Virus genome (UHGV): UHGV-0245760
From: a virus
DNA length: 16,166 nucleotides
Reading direction: 5' to 3' (one strand)
Below the pieces are notes generated by a model that was not told the origin of the DNA, made no database searches, and saw only the letters and a list, made by a program, of their open reading frames with translations. This document shows positions 8,026 to 16,074 of the stretch, one piece after another. The number at the start of each line of letters is the position of its first letter. Within the stretch, counting starts at the first letter, position 1. A program made the position numbers and the translations under genes.

Positions 8026-10974
8026 TCAATCTTTATCGTAAAAACTGCCACGCCCGGCACGGGCGCGCCGTTCCATTTCTGCCCTGACCATTTCACCGAC
8101 CAGTTTCGCCAGTTCGCGGGGATTCTGCGTAACAACGTTATGCAGATGAACATGAATTTCACCACCAAATCCGGAGGCAACAGGCTCCCGGTTACGGGAA
8201 GTTACAGGAACTGATGCCACTGGCGATCGTATGGCCTCCGCCACCGGGCGGGAGCTGGCCGCAACAACAGGGACCAGCGCCGGAGGCAGCGGAGCCGGGA
8301 CCACGGGTGTGGTATTAATTGCGGGGGCAGGCTTACTGACCTGCGCAATCTTCCGCTCCTGCCACTCCCCACCAGGGACCAGCGCCAGAGGCAGCGGAGC
8401 AGGGACCACGGGTGTGATATTAATTGCGGAGGCAGGCTTACTGACCTGCGCAATCTTCCGCTCCTGCCACTCCCCACGAACGGCAAGTGCGCGGGGCAGG
8501 TTCTTAAAGACAATATCACCGGGGCCAATGCGTTTTTTCGTCTCATCAACCAGCTTACCTGTGTTATCAGCAATTTTGCTGAGTCTGCGTAGCGTACCGG
8601 TATTGCTGTCTGTGAGCGGTTTGTTGTCTTTGGGTTTATCGCCTCCGGTGCCATTGCCATTTTCCGCAGACTTCGGCGGATTGATTTTCGCAATGTCTCC
8701 CTGAAACAGAGCAACCTTGTCCTGAAGAATGGCCGCACGCTGTGCGTCTTCAATTTTCTTGCGCGCCCTTTCCGCTTCATCCGGAAGGACGCCAAGTTTT
8801 TCAAGTATCCACGCCAGCGTATCCAGTAGCATTTTTGCAGGTGTCAGAACAAGCTGTAACGCACCGCCAAGAACGTTACCGAATATCTCGCCAGCACTGG
8901 TACATTTATCCAGCGTTTCCTTGCTGGACTCCATCGGTGACAGCAGCGATTTAAACCAGTTAAAGACCTGAATAATCCCATCGCGCACGACATCAAAAAC
9001 AGGACCGAACCGTTCAAAGGTTTCGCGCAACGGAGCCAGTCGTTCCATAATCCCGTTGAACACCCCGATATAAAACGCCTTGATGGGTTCCCAGTATTTC
9101 CAGATGAGAACTGCCGCAGCCACAAACGCGGCAACAATCAATCCGACCGGACTGAACAGCGCCCCGATAGCGCCACCCAGCAACGAGATGGAACCTGTTA
9201 CCATTCCCCATAGTGCTGGCAGCACCCTGACGACATTCATTGATCCTGTCAGGAGAGAAAAACCGAGACGTAACGTAGCCAGCTTCCCGTGAAGCACCCC
9301 AATAACCAGAGACAACGAACCAACCGTTGCTGTTGTCGCCAGCAGTGCGCCTCCCGCTATCAGTAACTGGCGCGTCAGTACCGGATGGGCCTGCGCCAGC
9401 GCCGTCACCTTTGAGACCACCCGCGTGAGCCACTGCGTGACAGAACGCAGCGGACCGTCAATCAGATCTGCAATGCGGATGCGCAACCCTTCCCATGCAC
9501 TGCCGAGTGATTTCAGATCGCCATCAAGGTTGTTGGCCATAACCTTTGCCGTGCGTTCAGCCTCACCGCGTGCGCCCTCAAGTTCTTTTCTCAGTTTGGG
9601 TAAGGAACCGTCACCCGCCGCATCAACGAGTGCCATAAACGATGTGAAAGCCTCTTCCCCGGCGATGTCCTTAAAGAAGGATACCCGGTCAACTTCCCCG
9701 TATTTGCGGGTAGCTTTATAAAGGTCAGCCAGCAGATCTTCCATCGGGCGCATTTTGCCCCCGGCATCCGAGACGGACACGCCCAGCTCTTTCAGAGCTT
9801 CTGCCGCCGCCTTTGGCGGTGATGCCAGACGAGCCAGGCTGGCACGCATTGCCGTCCCGGCATCACTCCCTCTGATGCCCATATTCGCCAGCACGCCCGC
9901 CATCGCTGCGGCCTGCTCCAGCGATATCCCCAGCTTACCCGCCACCGGACCGGCATATTTCATGGTTTCGCCCAGTGCGCGAAGGTCAGTGTTGGTACGG
10001 GTAAACGCTGCGGTGAGTGTGTCTCCGACCCGGTCCATCTGGTCAGCAGAAAGGCCGAACTGCGTCAGGATATTTGAGCCAATATCTGCCGTCTCGCCGA
10101 GATCCATACCGCCAGCCGTTGCCATGCTCAGTACGCCGGGAAGCGCAGCCTGAATGGCCTGCGGAGTGAAGCCTGCCATTGCAAGAAATGCCTGCCCACT
10201 GGCGGCATCGCCTGCGGTGAACTGCGTTTCAGAGCCAAGTTTTAACGCCTGCTCACGCAGCGCCTTAAACTGCAGGCTGTTTTTGTCGATTCGCGTCAGT
10301 GCCTGAACGCGGGACATCTCTTTCCCGAACCCGATCGCAGGCTGCAAAAAACGCCCGGCAGCATAGCCGCCAGCCGCTGCCGCACCAATTGCCAGCGCAC
10401 CACCTGTTTTCAGTTTTCCTGCTGTTTCCTGCGCGCGCGAATACCGCTCACGCGCACGCGTTACACGCGCAAGCGCCTGCCGTTCGCGTTCAAGCTGATT
10501 GTTGTACTGTTCGGTGCGTCTGATGGCCTGCTGGATGGTGTTATCGCTGCCTGTCAGGGAAATGCCGTGGCGTTTCAGCTCTCCGCCAAGCTCCCGCATT
10601 TTCTGAATTTCCCGTGTGCGCGATTCATTCAGGCGTTCAAGCCGGGTGCTTAACTGCTGCATCAGCTTTTGTTGTTTTTCGCTGAGCACTGTACCCGTGC
10701 GTTGTAACTGATTAAGGGCGTTAAGCTGGCGTCGTGCTTTCACGATGCCAGCATCCGCTTTACTGACAGCGTCACGGGCGCGCTCAAATGAACGCGCCTG
10801 ACGCTCGAGATTTTTGATCGCCCCCTGCGTTCGCTGGATGGAGTCACCAAACTGCCCCATCAGGCGGCGGGCGTTTTCGGCAGGCCGGGTCAGCCTGTCA
10901 ACGGCGCTGAAAGCGACCCGGATATCAAGAGTCTTCATTGTCTGCATTCCCGCTGCGAAGTGCCGCCCGCTCAC
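8026..10974 (-). CDS. T: tail tape measure protein T
   Basis: 982-aa ORF, long helical N-terminal half, hydrophobic Gly-rich central segments, position between E' and U. The 10974 start is GTG; internal ATGs at 10945-10947 and 10936-10938 are alternative starts. Confidence 0.85.
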   Translation of the reverse strand: MSGRHFAAGMQTMKTLDIRVAFSAVDRLTRPAENARRLMGQFGDSIQRTQGAIKNLERQARSFERARDAVSKADAGIVKARRQLNALNQLQRTGTVLSEKQQKLMQQLSTRLERLNESRTREIQKMRELGGELKRHGISLTGSDNTIQQAIRRTEQYNNQLERERQALARVTRARERYSRAQETAGKLKTGGALAIGAAAAGGYAAGRFLQPAIGFGKEMSRVQALTRIDKNSLQFKALREQALKLGSETQFTAGDAASGQAFLAMAGFTPQAIQAALPGVLSMATAGGMDLGETADIGSNILTQFGLSADQMDRVGDTLTAAFTRTNTDLRALGETMKYAGPVAGKLGISLEQAAAMAGVLANMGIRGSDAGTAMRASLARLASPPKAAAEALKELGVSVSDAGGKMRPMEDLLADLYKATRKYGEVDRVSFFKDIAGEEAFTSFMALVDAAGDGSLPKLRKELEGARGEAERTAKVMANNLDGDLKSLGSAWEGLRIRIADLIDGPLRSVTQWLTRVVSKVTALAQAHPVLTRQLLIAGGALLATTATVGSLSLVIGVLHGKLATLRLGFSLLTGSMNVVRVLPALWGMVTGSISLLGGAIGALFSPVGLIVAAFVAAAVLIWKYWEPIKAFYIGVFNGIMERLAPLRETFERFGPVFDVVRDGIIQVFNWFKSLLSPMESSKETLDKCTSAGEIFGNVLGGALQLVLTPAKMLLDTLAWILEKLGVLPDEAERARKKIEDAQRAAILQDKVALFQGDIAKINPPKSAENGNGTGGDKPKDNKPLTDSNTGTLRRLSKIADNTGKLVDETKKRIGPGDIVFKNLPRALAVRGEWQERKIAQVSKPASAINITPVVPAPLPLALVPGGEWQERKIAQVSKPAPAINTTPVVPAPLPPALVPVVAASSRPVAEAIRSPVASVPVTSRNREPVASGFGGEIHVHLHNVVTQNPRELAKLVGEMVRAEMERRARAGRGSFYDKD
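8269..8478 (-). repeat. in-frame tandem duplication (2 x 105 bp) within the 3' part of the tape measure gene
   Basis: Units 8269-8373 and 8374-8478 differ at only a few positions; encodes GEWQERKIAQVSKPA-AINITPVVPAPLP-ALVP twice; explains shadow ORFs 8231..8704 (+) and 8202..8804 (-). Confidence 0.75.
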
Positions 10975-11454
10975 GCCAGCTAACCACTTCGCCGGGCGTC
11001 ATCATGAAGATTTCAGCGGGCGACCAGTTAAAAATAACGGCAATATCTGCCACAAAGTCTTCTATGTGCTCAAAGCACACAACCGTGATCAGGCTTCCGT
11101 CGCCTGTTCGTTCTTCCCGCCAGAGTCCGCACCGCTCAAAAAATTTACGGCAACCACACATAACTGAATAAAGTCACGGGATGCCATTTTTTTGATCGTC
11201 ACTTCATCCAGTCGCGGTGATGTCACGCGTGACAGCAGCGTAAACATGGATTCCGCTTTCAGATTCAGCACATCAGACAACGACAAATCTCGCAGAGATC
11301 CAGCCTGCTCAATAGCTCCGGTGATCTCCACATACGTGATTTTTTCGCCGCCTCGCTCAATTGGTTGGGTAAGTTTTACGCCACGCTCACTGGTTTCTTT
11401 CACAGTGTCAGTAACTACCGTGTTTTCGGTATCGATGTTTTTCGTCTCTTTCAT
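10925..11454 (-). CDS. E+E' tail assembly chaperone made by programmed -1 frameshift (E frame to 11137, then -1 frame to stop at 10925-10927)
   Basis: Slippery heptamer T_TTT_TTG in the E frame; the -1 frame continues as FFERCGLWREERTGDG... (ORF-track 10925..11161) and overlaps the start of T, as in P2. Confidence 0.6.
11089..11454 (-). CDS. E: tail assembly chaperone E (zero-frame product)
   Basis: Position between FII and T; contains the slippery site near its 3' end; start position not verified. Confidence 0.65.
   Translation of the reverse strand: MKETKNIDTENTVVTDTVKETSERGVKLTQPIERGGEKITYVEITGAIEQAGSLRDLSLSDVLNLKAESMFTLLSRVTSPRLDEVTIKKMASRDFIQLCVVAVNFLSGADSGGKNEQATEA
11137..11143 (-). 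promoter_or_regulatory. -1 ribosomal frameshift slippery heptamer T_TTT_TTG (plus strand CAAAAAA)
   Basis: Zero-frame codons AAT TTT TTG; shifting back one nucleotide gives TTT TTT GAG, joining E to E'. Confidence 0.55.
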
Positions 11455-11508
11455 CAGGAAACTCCTTTCAGTCAGAGGCGACGCACTGCGCCGCCTGCAT
11501 ATTACTTA

Positions 11509-12021
11509 TCAGCCAAGCCCAAGCGCGGAACGGATACGGTCAGGCACAATGTCCTTGCCGTCCTTCCGGTAAATGAAGTTCAGCAGGTCAATCTCCCACA
11601 ACGGGCGATCGTTAACACTCAGCTTGTAGTAGGTGTTTTTAATGGCGTAAGTGTGTGATGTGGCTTCGCCCTGTTTGGCTTCCCCCATATCAATTTCCGT
11701 CACACGTCCGCGCATTTCGACTTCATACAGGTCGCTTTCTGCATCGGTGTAGTATTCACCCGCAAAACGCAGCAGCGTGCCGTCAATCGTGCCGCCATAC
11801 TTAAGGAACAGCTCACGAACTGCGCCCCCCATGACAAAGCTCGCATCAAGCGCGGAGTCGTCCAGACCGAGATCAATACTTACCGCACCCATCATGCCAC
11901 CACCCCGGTAGCTGTCGGTTTTGCGCGTCAGTTTAGGCAGAGTGACGGACGTCACCTTACCCACTTCGTTTTCACCATCCACAAACAGCGTAAAAAAGCG
12001 AAGATGTTTTGGTACAGCCAT
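11509..12021 (-). CDS. FII: tail tube protein FII
   Basis: 170 aa, gpFII-like (MAVPKHLRFFTLFVDGE...); start overlaps FI stop (ATGA at 12021). Confidence 0.85.
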   Translation of the reverse strand: MAVPKHLRFFTLFVDGENEVGKVTSVTLPKLTRKTDSYRGGGMMGAVSIDLGLDDSALDASFVMGGAVRELFLKYGGTIDGTLLRFAGEYYTDAESDLYEVEMRGRVTEIDMGEAKQGEATSHTYAIKNTYYKLSVNDRPLWEIDLLNFIYRKDGKDIVPDRIRSALGLG

Positions 12022-13205
12022 CAGGCACCTCCCAGCACCGCAAATGCGGGACCAAAGAATTCATCAGTAAACGACTGGTAAAGCTCCATGTCTTCCAGCG
12101 GGGGAACTGGCGTATATTTGTAGCGAATACGCACACGTCCCTGACGTAAACCCGTGGTGCTGTTATCCACCACGTCATACCAGCACTCCGCGCCAATCAG
12201 TTTCCCGGCAGTAACCAGTGAATCCAGTTTTGCCCTGATGGCACTGATAACATCCTTCACGTTCGCAGGCGTCAGTGGACTGTCGATGGTTTCAAACTGC
12301 GCTTCCGCAATTGAATCAGCCAGCACCTGTGCGGTTCGGGTATACACCTCAAAGATGTAGGCGTTCGTTTCCGGTGTGCGGTTGCCCCAGAAGCGGAACC
12401 CGTTACGACGAATAATGGTCGTGATTTCTTTGTTGTTAAGGCTGTTGGCATCGCTGTCTTCGGCCTGCAACGACCAGAACACATGCCGGGACATCCCCAG
12501 CACATTTTTAACCGGAACGTTGGACAGTGATTTGTGCCAGCCCTGCTCATGGTCAATGTACGCACGAAGGCCGCACGCATAAGCAGGCGCGGGGAACGTT
12601 TCGTTTTTGCCACTTTTCGGGTTGTAGGCGATGAAGTCCGGCCATAAGAGCATCACCTCACGTTCGTTGAATTTCTGGCGGTAGGTAATTGCCTCTGCCA
12701 TCGTGTTACAGCCATGACATGAGGCATACACAAACGCGCGCAGTTTACCCGCAATCACGCACAGGGATTTTGTCACCGCCTCCGTGTCCAGCTCCGGCGC
12801 GGCCAGAATACGCGGACGGTATCCGATGCTTTCATCCTGCTCTGCAACAAGCAGCGCATACATCCCCGTATAGCTGCCGTCAGATTCAGAACCACCGATA
12901 ACCAGTTGATCCTGCGTCTTTCCGTTTTCTTCTTTGTGTTCAGCCACGCGAACGACGATCACCTTTGTGCTCACCTGGTCTGCGATGGCCTTAAGCGCAC
13001 GATAAAGCGTCCCCGTTGTCCCGCATTTTCCCAGCACGTCATTGACGCGGGTCAGCAGTGTGGGCTTGTTCAGCGGGAACAGCTTCGCGTCCGCATCATC
13101 CGCCGTTGCCACGATACCGATAACGCTGGAATCAACATCGTTAATCGCTGTTACCAGGTCGGTACTTTCCGTAACACGGGCACCATGAAAACGAGTTTCA
13201 CTCAT
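12021..13205 (-). CDS. FI: contractile tail sheath protein FI
   Basis: 394 aa, sheath-like throughout; AAGGGG RBS about 10 nt upstream of ATG 13203-13205. Confidence 0.9.
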   Translation of the reverse strand: MSETRFHGARVTESTDLVTAINDVDSSVIGIVATADDADAKLFPLNKPTLLTRVNDVLGKCGTTGTLYRALKAIADQVSTKVIVVRVAEHKEENGKTQDQLVIGGSESDGSYTGMYALLVAEQDESIGYRPRILAAPELDTEAVTKSLCVIAGKLRAFVYASCHGCNTMAEAITYRQKFNEREVMLLWPDFIAYNPKSGKNETFPAPAYACGLRAYIDHEQGWHKSLSNVPVKNVLGMSRHVFWSLQAEDSDANSLNNKEITTIIRRNGFRFWGNRTPETNAYIFEVYTRTAQVLADSIAEAQFETIDSPLTPANVKDVISAIRAKLDSLVTAGKLIGAECWYDVVDNSTTGLRQGRVRIRYKYTPVPPLEDMELYQSFTDEFFGPAFAVLGGA

Positions 13206-13362
13206 AGCTTCAGCCCCTTGTATCCGTTAAATGATTCGGCAACAATCATCACCCACCACGCGCGTAATCTCACCCCTGCGCCGTTCTCCCGCCACGGCGA
13301 CAACAAAAAGCAGTAACCCCCTCCGCACGCACATGCGACCATGCCGCACAGGGAGGGAGCAG

Positions 13363-14472
13363 ATGACCGACACCACCATGCAATTGCTCAGTCAGGGCAC
13401 AGACCCCGTAAAAATGCCGGATTTTGATATTCTCGCGGAGGGTAAAACGCTGTCAGGCGTGGCAGAGCGCCTGATGAGCCTGTCACTGACCGACAACCGG
13501 GGATTTGACGCGGACCAGCTCACCATCACGCTGGATGATGCGGATGGTCAGTTGCAGCTACCGCCACGGGGCGCGCGCCTGACGGTTCTCATTGGCTGGA
13601 AAGGAGAACCGCTGACAGAAAAAGGCACTTACATTGTTGATGAAATCGCTCACGAAGGACCGCCGGACAGGCTGACTGTTTCAGCCAGAAGCGCAGATTT
13701 TCGGGATGAATTTAACGTTAAACGTGAGGTGTCCTGGCATGATGTGACCGTTGAGCGTGTGGTATCCGCCATCGCTCATCGGTATGGTCTGAAACCGCAA
13801 ATCAGCGAAATGCTGATGGATATCGAAATCGACCACGCCGACCAGACCGAAGAAAGCGACATGTCCTTCCTTACGCGCATGGCGGAAATGCTGGGCGCAA
13901 TCACCACGGTAAAAAGCGGCAATCTGTTATTCATCATGCCAGGTGGTGGCGTGAACGCACAGGGCCAGCCGTTGCCCTCGTTCGCCATTACACGCAGCAG
14001 CGGCGATCGCCATCAGTTCCGCATTGCTGACCGCGAGGCGTATACGGGGGTACGCGCCTACTGGCTTGATCTTAATTACGGGAAAAAGAAAAAAGTCAGC
14101 GTGAAACGCCGTAAACCGCCAAAACCCAAAAAGGAGAAAAGCAGCAGCCGTGAAGGTGATTATATGGAAGGCGCGGAAGGCAATGTGTTTGTGTTACGCA
14201 AGACTTATCAGAACGAGCAGGCAGCAAGACGCGCAGCGGCGGCAAAGTGGCAGCAACTACAACGCGGAGCCGCATCATTCTCCATCACGCTGGCGCGTGG
14301 ACGTGCAGAACTCTACCCCGAAATGCATGGCACGGTAACAGGATTTAAAAGCGAGATTGATAATAAGGACTGGATCATTGCAAAAGCCGAGCACACCATT
14401 GATAACAGCGGTTTTACCACGCAGCTTGAGCTTGAGGCAAAAATCCCGGAATGGATAGCGGAAACAGAGTGA
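13363..14472 (+). CDS. D: P2 gpD-like tail protein
   Basis: gpD-like motifs (LTITLDDADGQLQLPPRGARLTV, DEIAHEGPPDRLTVSARSADF, ESDMSFLTRMAE, ITRSSGDRHQF, KWQQLQRGAASFSITLARGR). Start chosen at ATG 13363 with GGGAGG RBS; the ORF-track 13231 extension is not preferred. Confidence 0.85.
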   Translation: MTDTTMQLLSQGTDPVKMPDFDILAEGKTLSGVAERLMSLSLTDNRGFDADQLTITLDDADGQLQLPPRGARLTVLIGWKGEPLTEKGTYIVDEIAHEGPPDRLTVSARSADFRDEFNVKREVSWHDVTVERVVSAIAHRYGLKPQISEMLMDIEIDHADQTEESDMSFLTRMAEMLGAITTVKSGNLLFIMPGGGVNAQGQPLPSFAITRSSGDRHQFRIADREAYTGVRAYWLDLNYGKKKKVSVKRRKPPKPKKEKSSSREGDYMEGAEGNVFVLRKTYQNEQAARRAAAAKWQQLQRGAASFSITLARGRAELYPEMHGTVTGFKSEIDNKDWIIAKAEHTIDNSGFTTQLELEAKIPEWIAETE

Positions 14473-14512
14473 GCAACTTAGAATAGGCAGCACCACGTTA
14501 AGGGAGGTCGCT

Positions 14513-14773
14513 ATGTTCCGTTGTCCGCTTTGTGGCGCATCTGCCCGTATCCGCACCAGTCGTCCGGAAAATGATTCAAACACCGTGCGGCAAAAGTATT
14601 ACCAGTGTAACAATCTGGAATGCGGCGTATGCTTCTCAACACTGGAAGCTTTCCATAAATTCACATCAAAACACGCCTCCGGCGTTCACTCTTCAGAAGG
14701 TATCCCGTGGCATGAGCTGCCAGCTTCACACAGGGGAAACAATCAGATGAGTTTGCCTTTATCTCAGAATTAA
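14513..14773 (+). CDS. ogr: Ogr/Delta-family zinc-finger late transcription activator
   Basis: MFRCPLCGASARIRTSR...YYQCNNLECGVCF: CxxC...CxxxxC zinc finger in the P2 Ogr arrangement; GGGAGG RBS; sits right after D as in P2. Confidence 0.8.
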   Translation: MFRCPLCGASARIRTSRPENDSNTVRQKYYQCNNLECGVCFSTLEAFHKFTSKHASGVHSSEGIPWHELPASHRGNNQMSLPLSQN

Positions 14774-14963
14774 CAGGCAGAATTGCCGGAGTAACAAAAA
14801 AGCGATAGATTACGCGCGGGTGCCTTTCGGCTGATGGTCGGAGGGAATACCCGAAGGCCAGATGTGGAAAGGCCCCGGAAAACATTTCTGTTTAACCGAG
14901 GCCCTGACCATCTAACCTTAGCAAGTGATAGGTTAGCGCCTCCCTGAAAAAGGAGCAAGCGCT

Positions 14964-15104
14964 ATGTCGCAAAAATCGCTTATGGCCATCACGTTCTGCG
15001 TGACGGCAATCCTCATCATCTGGATGCTGCACGGTTCGCTGTGTGAAATACGGATGAGCTTCTGGGGAGCGGAGTTTGCGGCGTTCTTACAGTGTAAGCA
15101 GTAA
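14964..15104 (+). CDS. Hok/Gef-family type I toxin (46 aa)
   Basis: MSQKSLMAITFCVTAILIIWMLHGSLCEIRMSFWGAEFAAFLQCKQ: N-terminal membrane helix, then SLCEIR and E-AAF motifs and C-terminal Cys as in Hok/HokA proteins. AGGAG RBS at 14951-14955. Below the ORF-track length cut-off. Confidence 0.7.
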   Translation: MSQKSLMAITFCVTAILIIWMLHGSLCEIRMSFWGAEFAAFLQCKQ

Positions 15105-15190
15105 GGAAACCGCGACGGGGGAGCTATCCCCCGTCAATCGGTTGCCAGGGTAAGGTCGATAAGGCACCCTATCTCACAGACATGAACAAC

Positions 15191-15226
15191 AAACCCGCAG
15201 CGTAAGAACTGCGGGTTTTCTTTTTG
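15191..15226. terminator. rho-independent terminator between the convergent hok-like gene and the minus-strand exported-protein gene (possibly bidirectional)
   Basis: Stem CCCGCAG (15194-15200) / CTGCGGG (15209-15215), 8-nt loop, then TTTTCTTTTT; A/T-rich on the complementary side as well. Confidence 0.55.
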
Positions 15227-15293
15227 GAACTATCACTAGCTAGTGTACCGTTAACGGCACATAATGCTCGCACAACAAACCTGTTAAAAGAGA

Positions 15294-15575
15294 TTACTCA
15301 GCATTCTCCTGCTTCCATTGCCGGATCATTTCATCGGTAACATCACCCTCATAACATACCACGTCATACCCTCCATTACGGCTATATGCACTGCGTCCAC
15401 CACATCTACTACCATTCCTTGCATGATTATAAGGACACGCACAATTGCCTGGATAAGATTCAATGGATTCTTTAATTATTTCTTTTTTGATCTGAGCATC
15501 AGACTTTCCTGTTGCTGCATATCCGCTAAAAGATACTAAACAAAGGCAGATTGCCATTAATAAACCACATCGCAT
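15294..15575 (-). CDS. small exported Cys-containing hypothetical protein (signal peptide predicted)
   Basis: From Met 15573-15575 the product starts MRCGLLMAICLCLVSFSGYAA (signal-peptide-like), followed by a hydrophilic domain with 4 Cys. The ORF-track start at 15689 adds 38 residues that do not look like part of a secreted protein. Weak RBS; family not recognised. Confidence 0.5.
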   Translation of the reverse strand: MRCGLLMAICLCLVSFSGYAATGKSDAQIKKEIIKESIESYPGNCACPYNHARNGSRCGGRSAYSRNGGYDVVCYEGDVTDEMIRQWKQENAE

Positions 15576-15807
15576 ACCGATACACTCTATTACTAACCAA
15601 TCATAGCCCACATCATAAAATCGAGATGAGGAGTACAATACCTTTAACAAGAAGGTGTCATAACGATAATATGTCGTGCAATTCATCAAAAAAAAGATCT
15701 ATATCAAAGAGATAGAACTCTTATCAGTGCTTCAGACATCGGCATTCGAGGCAGCAGAAAAACAGTAAATCTGACGAATTTGCCTTTTCCCAAGATGTTG
15801 TCAGATT

Positions 15808-15961
15808 AAAAAGATAGATTAGCGCAGGTACCTGTTGGTGGATTGCAGGAGGAAAAATGAAGTCGAGTGGAAAAATCCCAGAAAAATTTTTGTTTAACAG
15901 AGGTCCTGGCTCACTATGCGAAATACGGAGGAGCTGCAGAAGAATTCTGCTTCATCCTTAG
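15808..15961 (+). pseudogene. degenerate hok-like locus remnant (toxin ORF removed by an internal deletion)
   Basis: 15808-15914 aligns by eye with the hok leader 14796-14910; the match resumes at 15915-15936 against 15039-15061 (SLCEIR region), so about 125 bp covering the toxin start and membrane helix is absent. Confidence 0.45.
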
Positions 15962-16043
15962 AGTTTAAACAGCACGTGCACTACCATTGTTTCTGCATAT
16001 CGCCACACCATCGCCACTCAACCGCCATTGCACAAAATACAAA

Positions 16044-16074
16044 TACGAAAAAACCACCCGAAGGTGGTTTCACG
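16044..16074 (-). terminator. rho-independent terminator downstream of tRNA-Leu
   Basis: Minus strand reads AAACCACC-TTCG-GGTGGTTT followed by TTTTCG, about 40 nt after the tRNA 3' end. Confidence 0.6.

Noticed and set aside
8269-8478. Possible CRISPR array (direct repeats)
   Set aside because: Only two long units with no spacers, in frame inside a protein-coding gene; this is a coding tandem duplication.
8202-8804. 200-aa Arg-rich ORF on the minus strand inside the tape measure gene, plus the plus-strand ORF 8231..8704
   Set aside because: Alternate-frame and antisense shadows of the T gene; their internal repetition simply mirrors the 105-bp tandem duplication.
9014-10523. Several 70-140-aa ORFs on both strands within the T gene (for example 9014..9433, 9425..9721, 9755..10153, 10299..10523)
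   Set aside because: All lie inside the continuous 982-aa tape measure frame and have Ala/Pro/Arg-rich translations typical of out-of-frame readings of GC-rich coding DNA.
13231-13362. N-terminal extension of D from the ORF-track start at 13231
   Set aside because: The extension is Arg/Pro/Thr-rich low-complexity sequence with no RBS, whereas ATG 13363 has a GGGAGG RBS and gives a protein of about the expected gpD length.
13206-13362. Canonical P2 late-promoter activator site (TGT-N12-ACA)
   Set aside because: No exact match was found by eye on either strand of the FI-D intergenic region; the two other dyads present are reported as a finding instead.
14834-14947. 37-codon leader ORF upstream of the hok-like gene as a mok-type coupling frame
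   Set aside because: It ends before rather than overlapping hok, unlike the mok frames I remember, and has no clear RBS; kept only as a comment in the hok finding.
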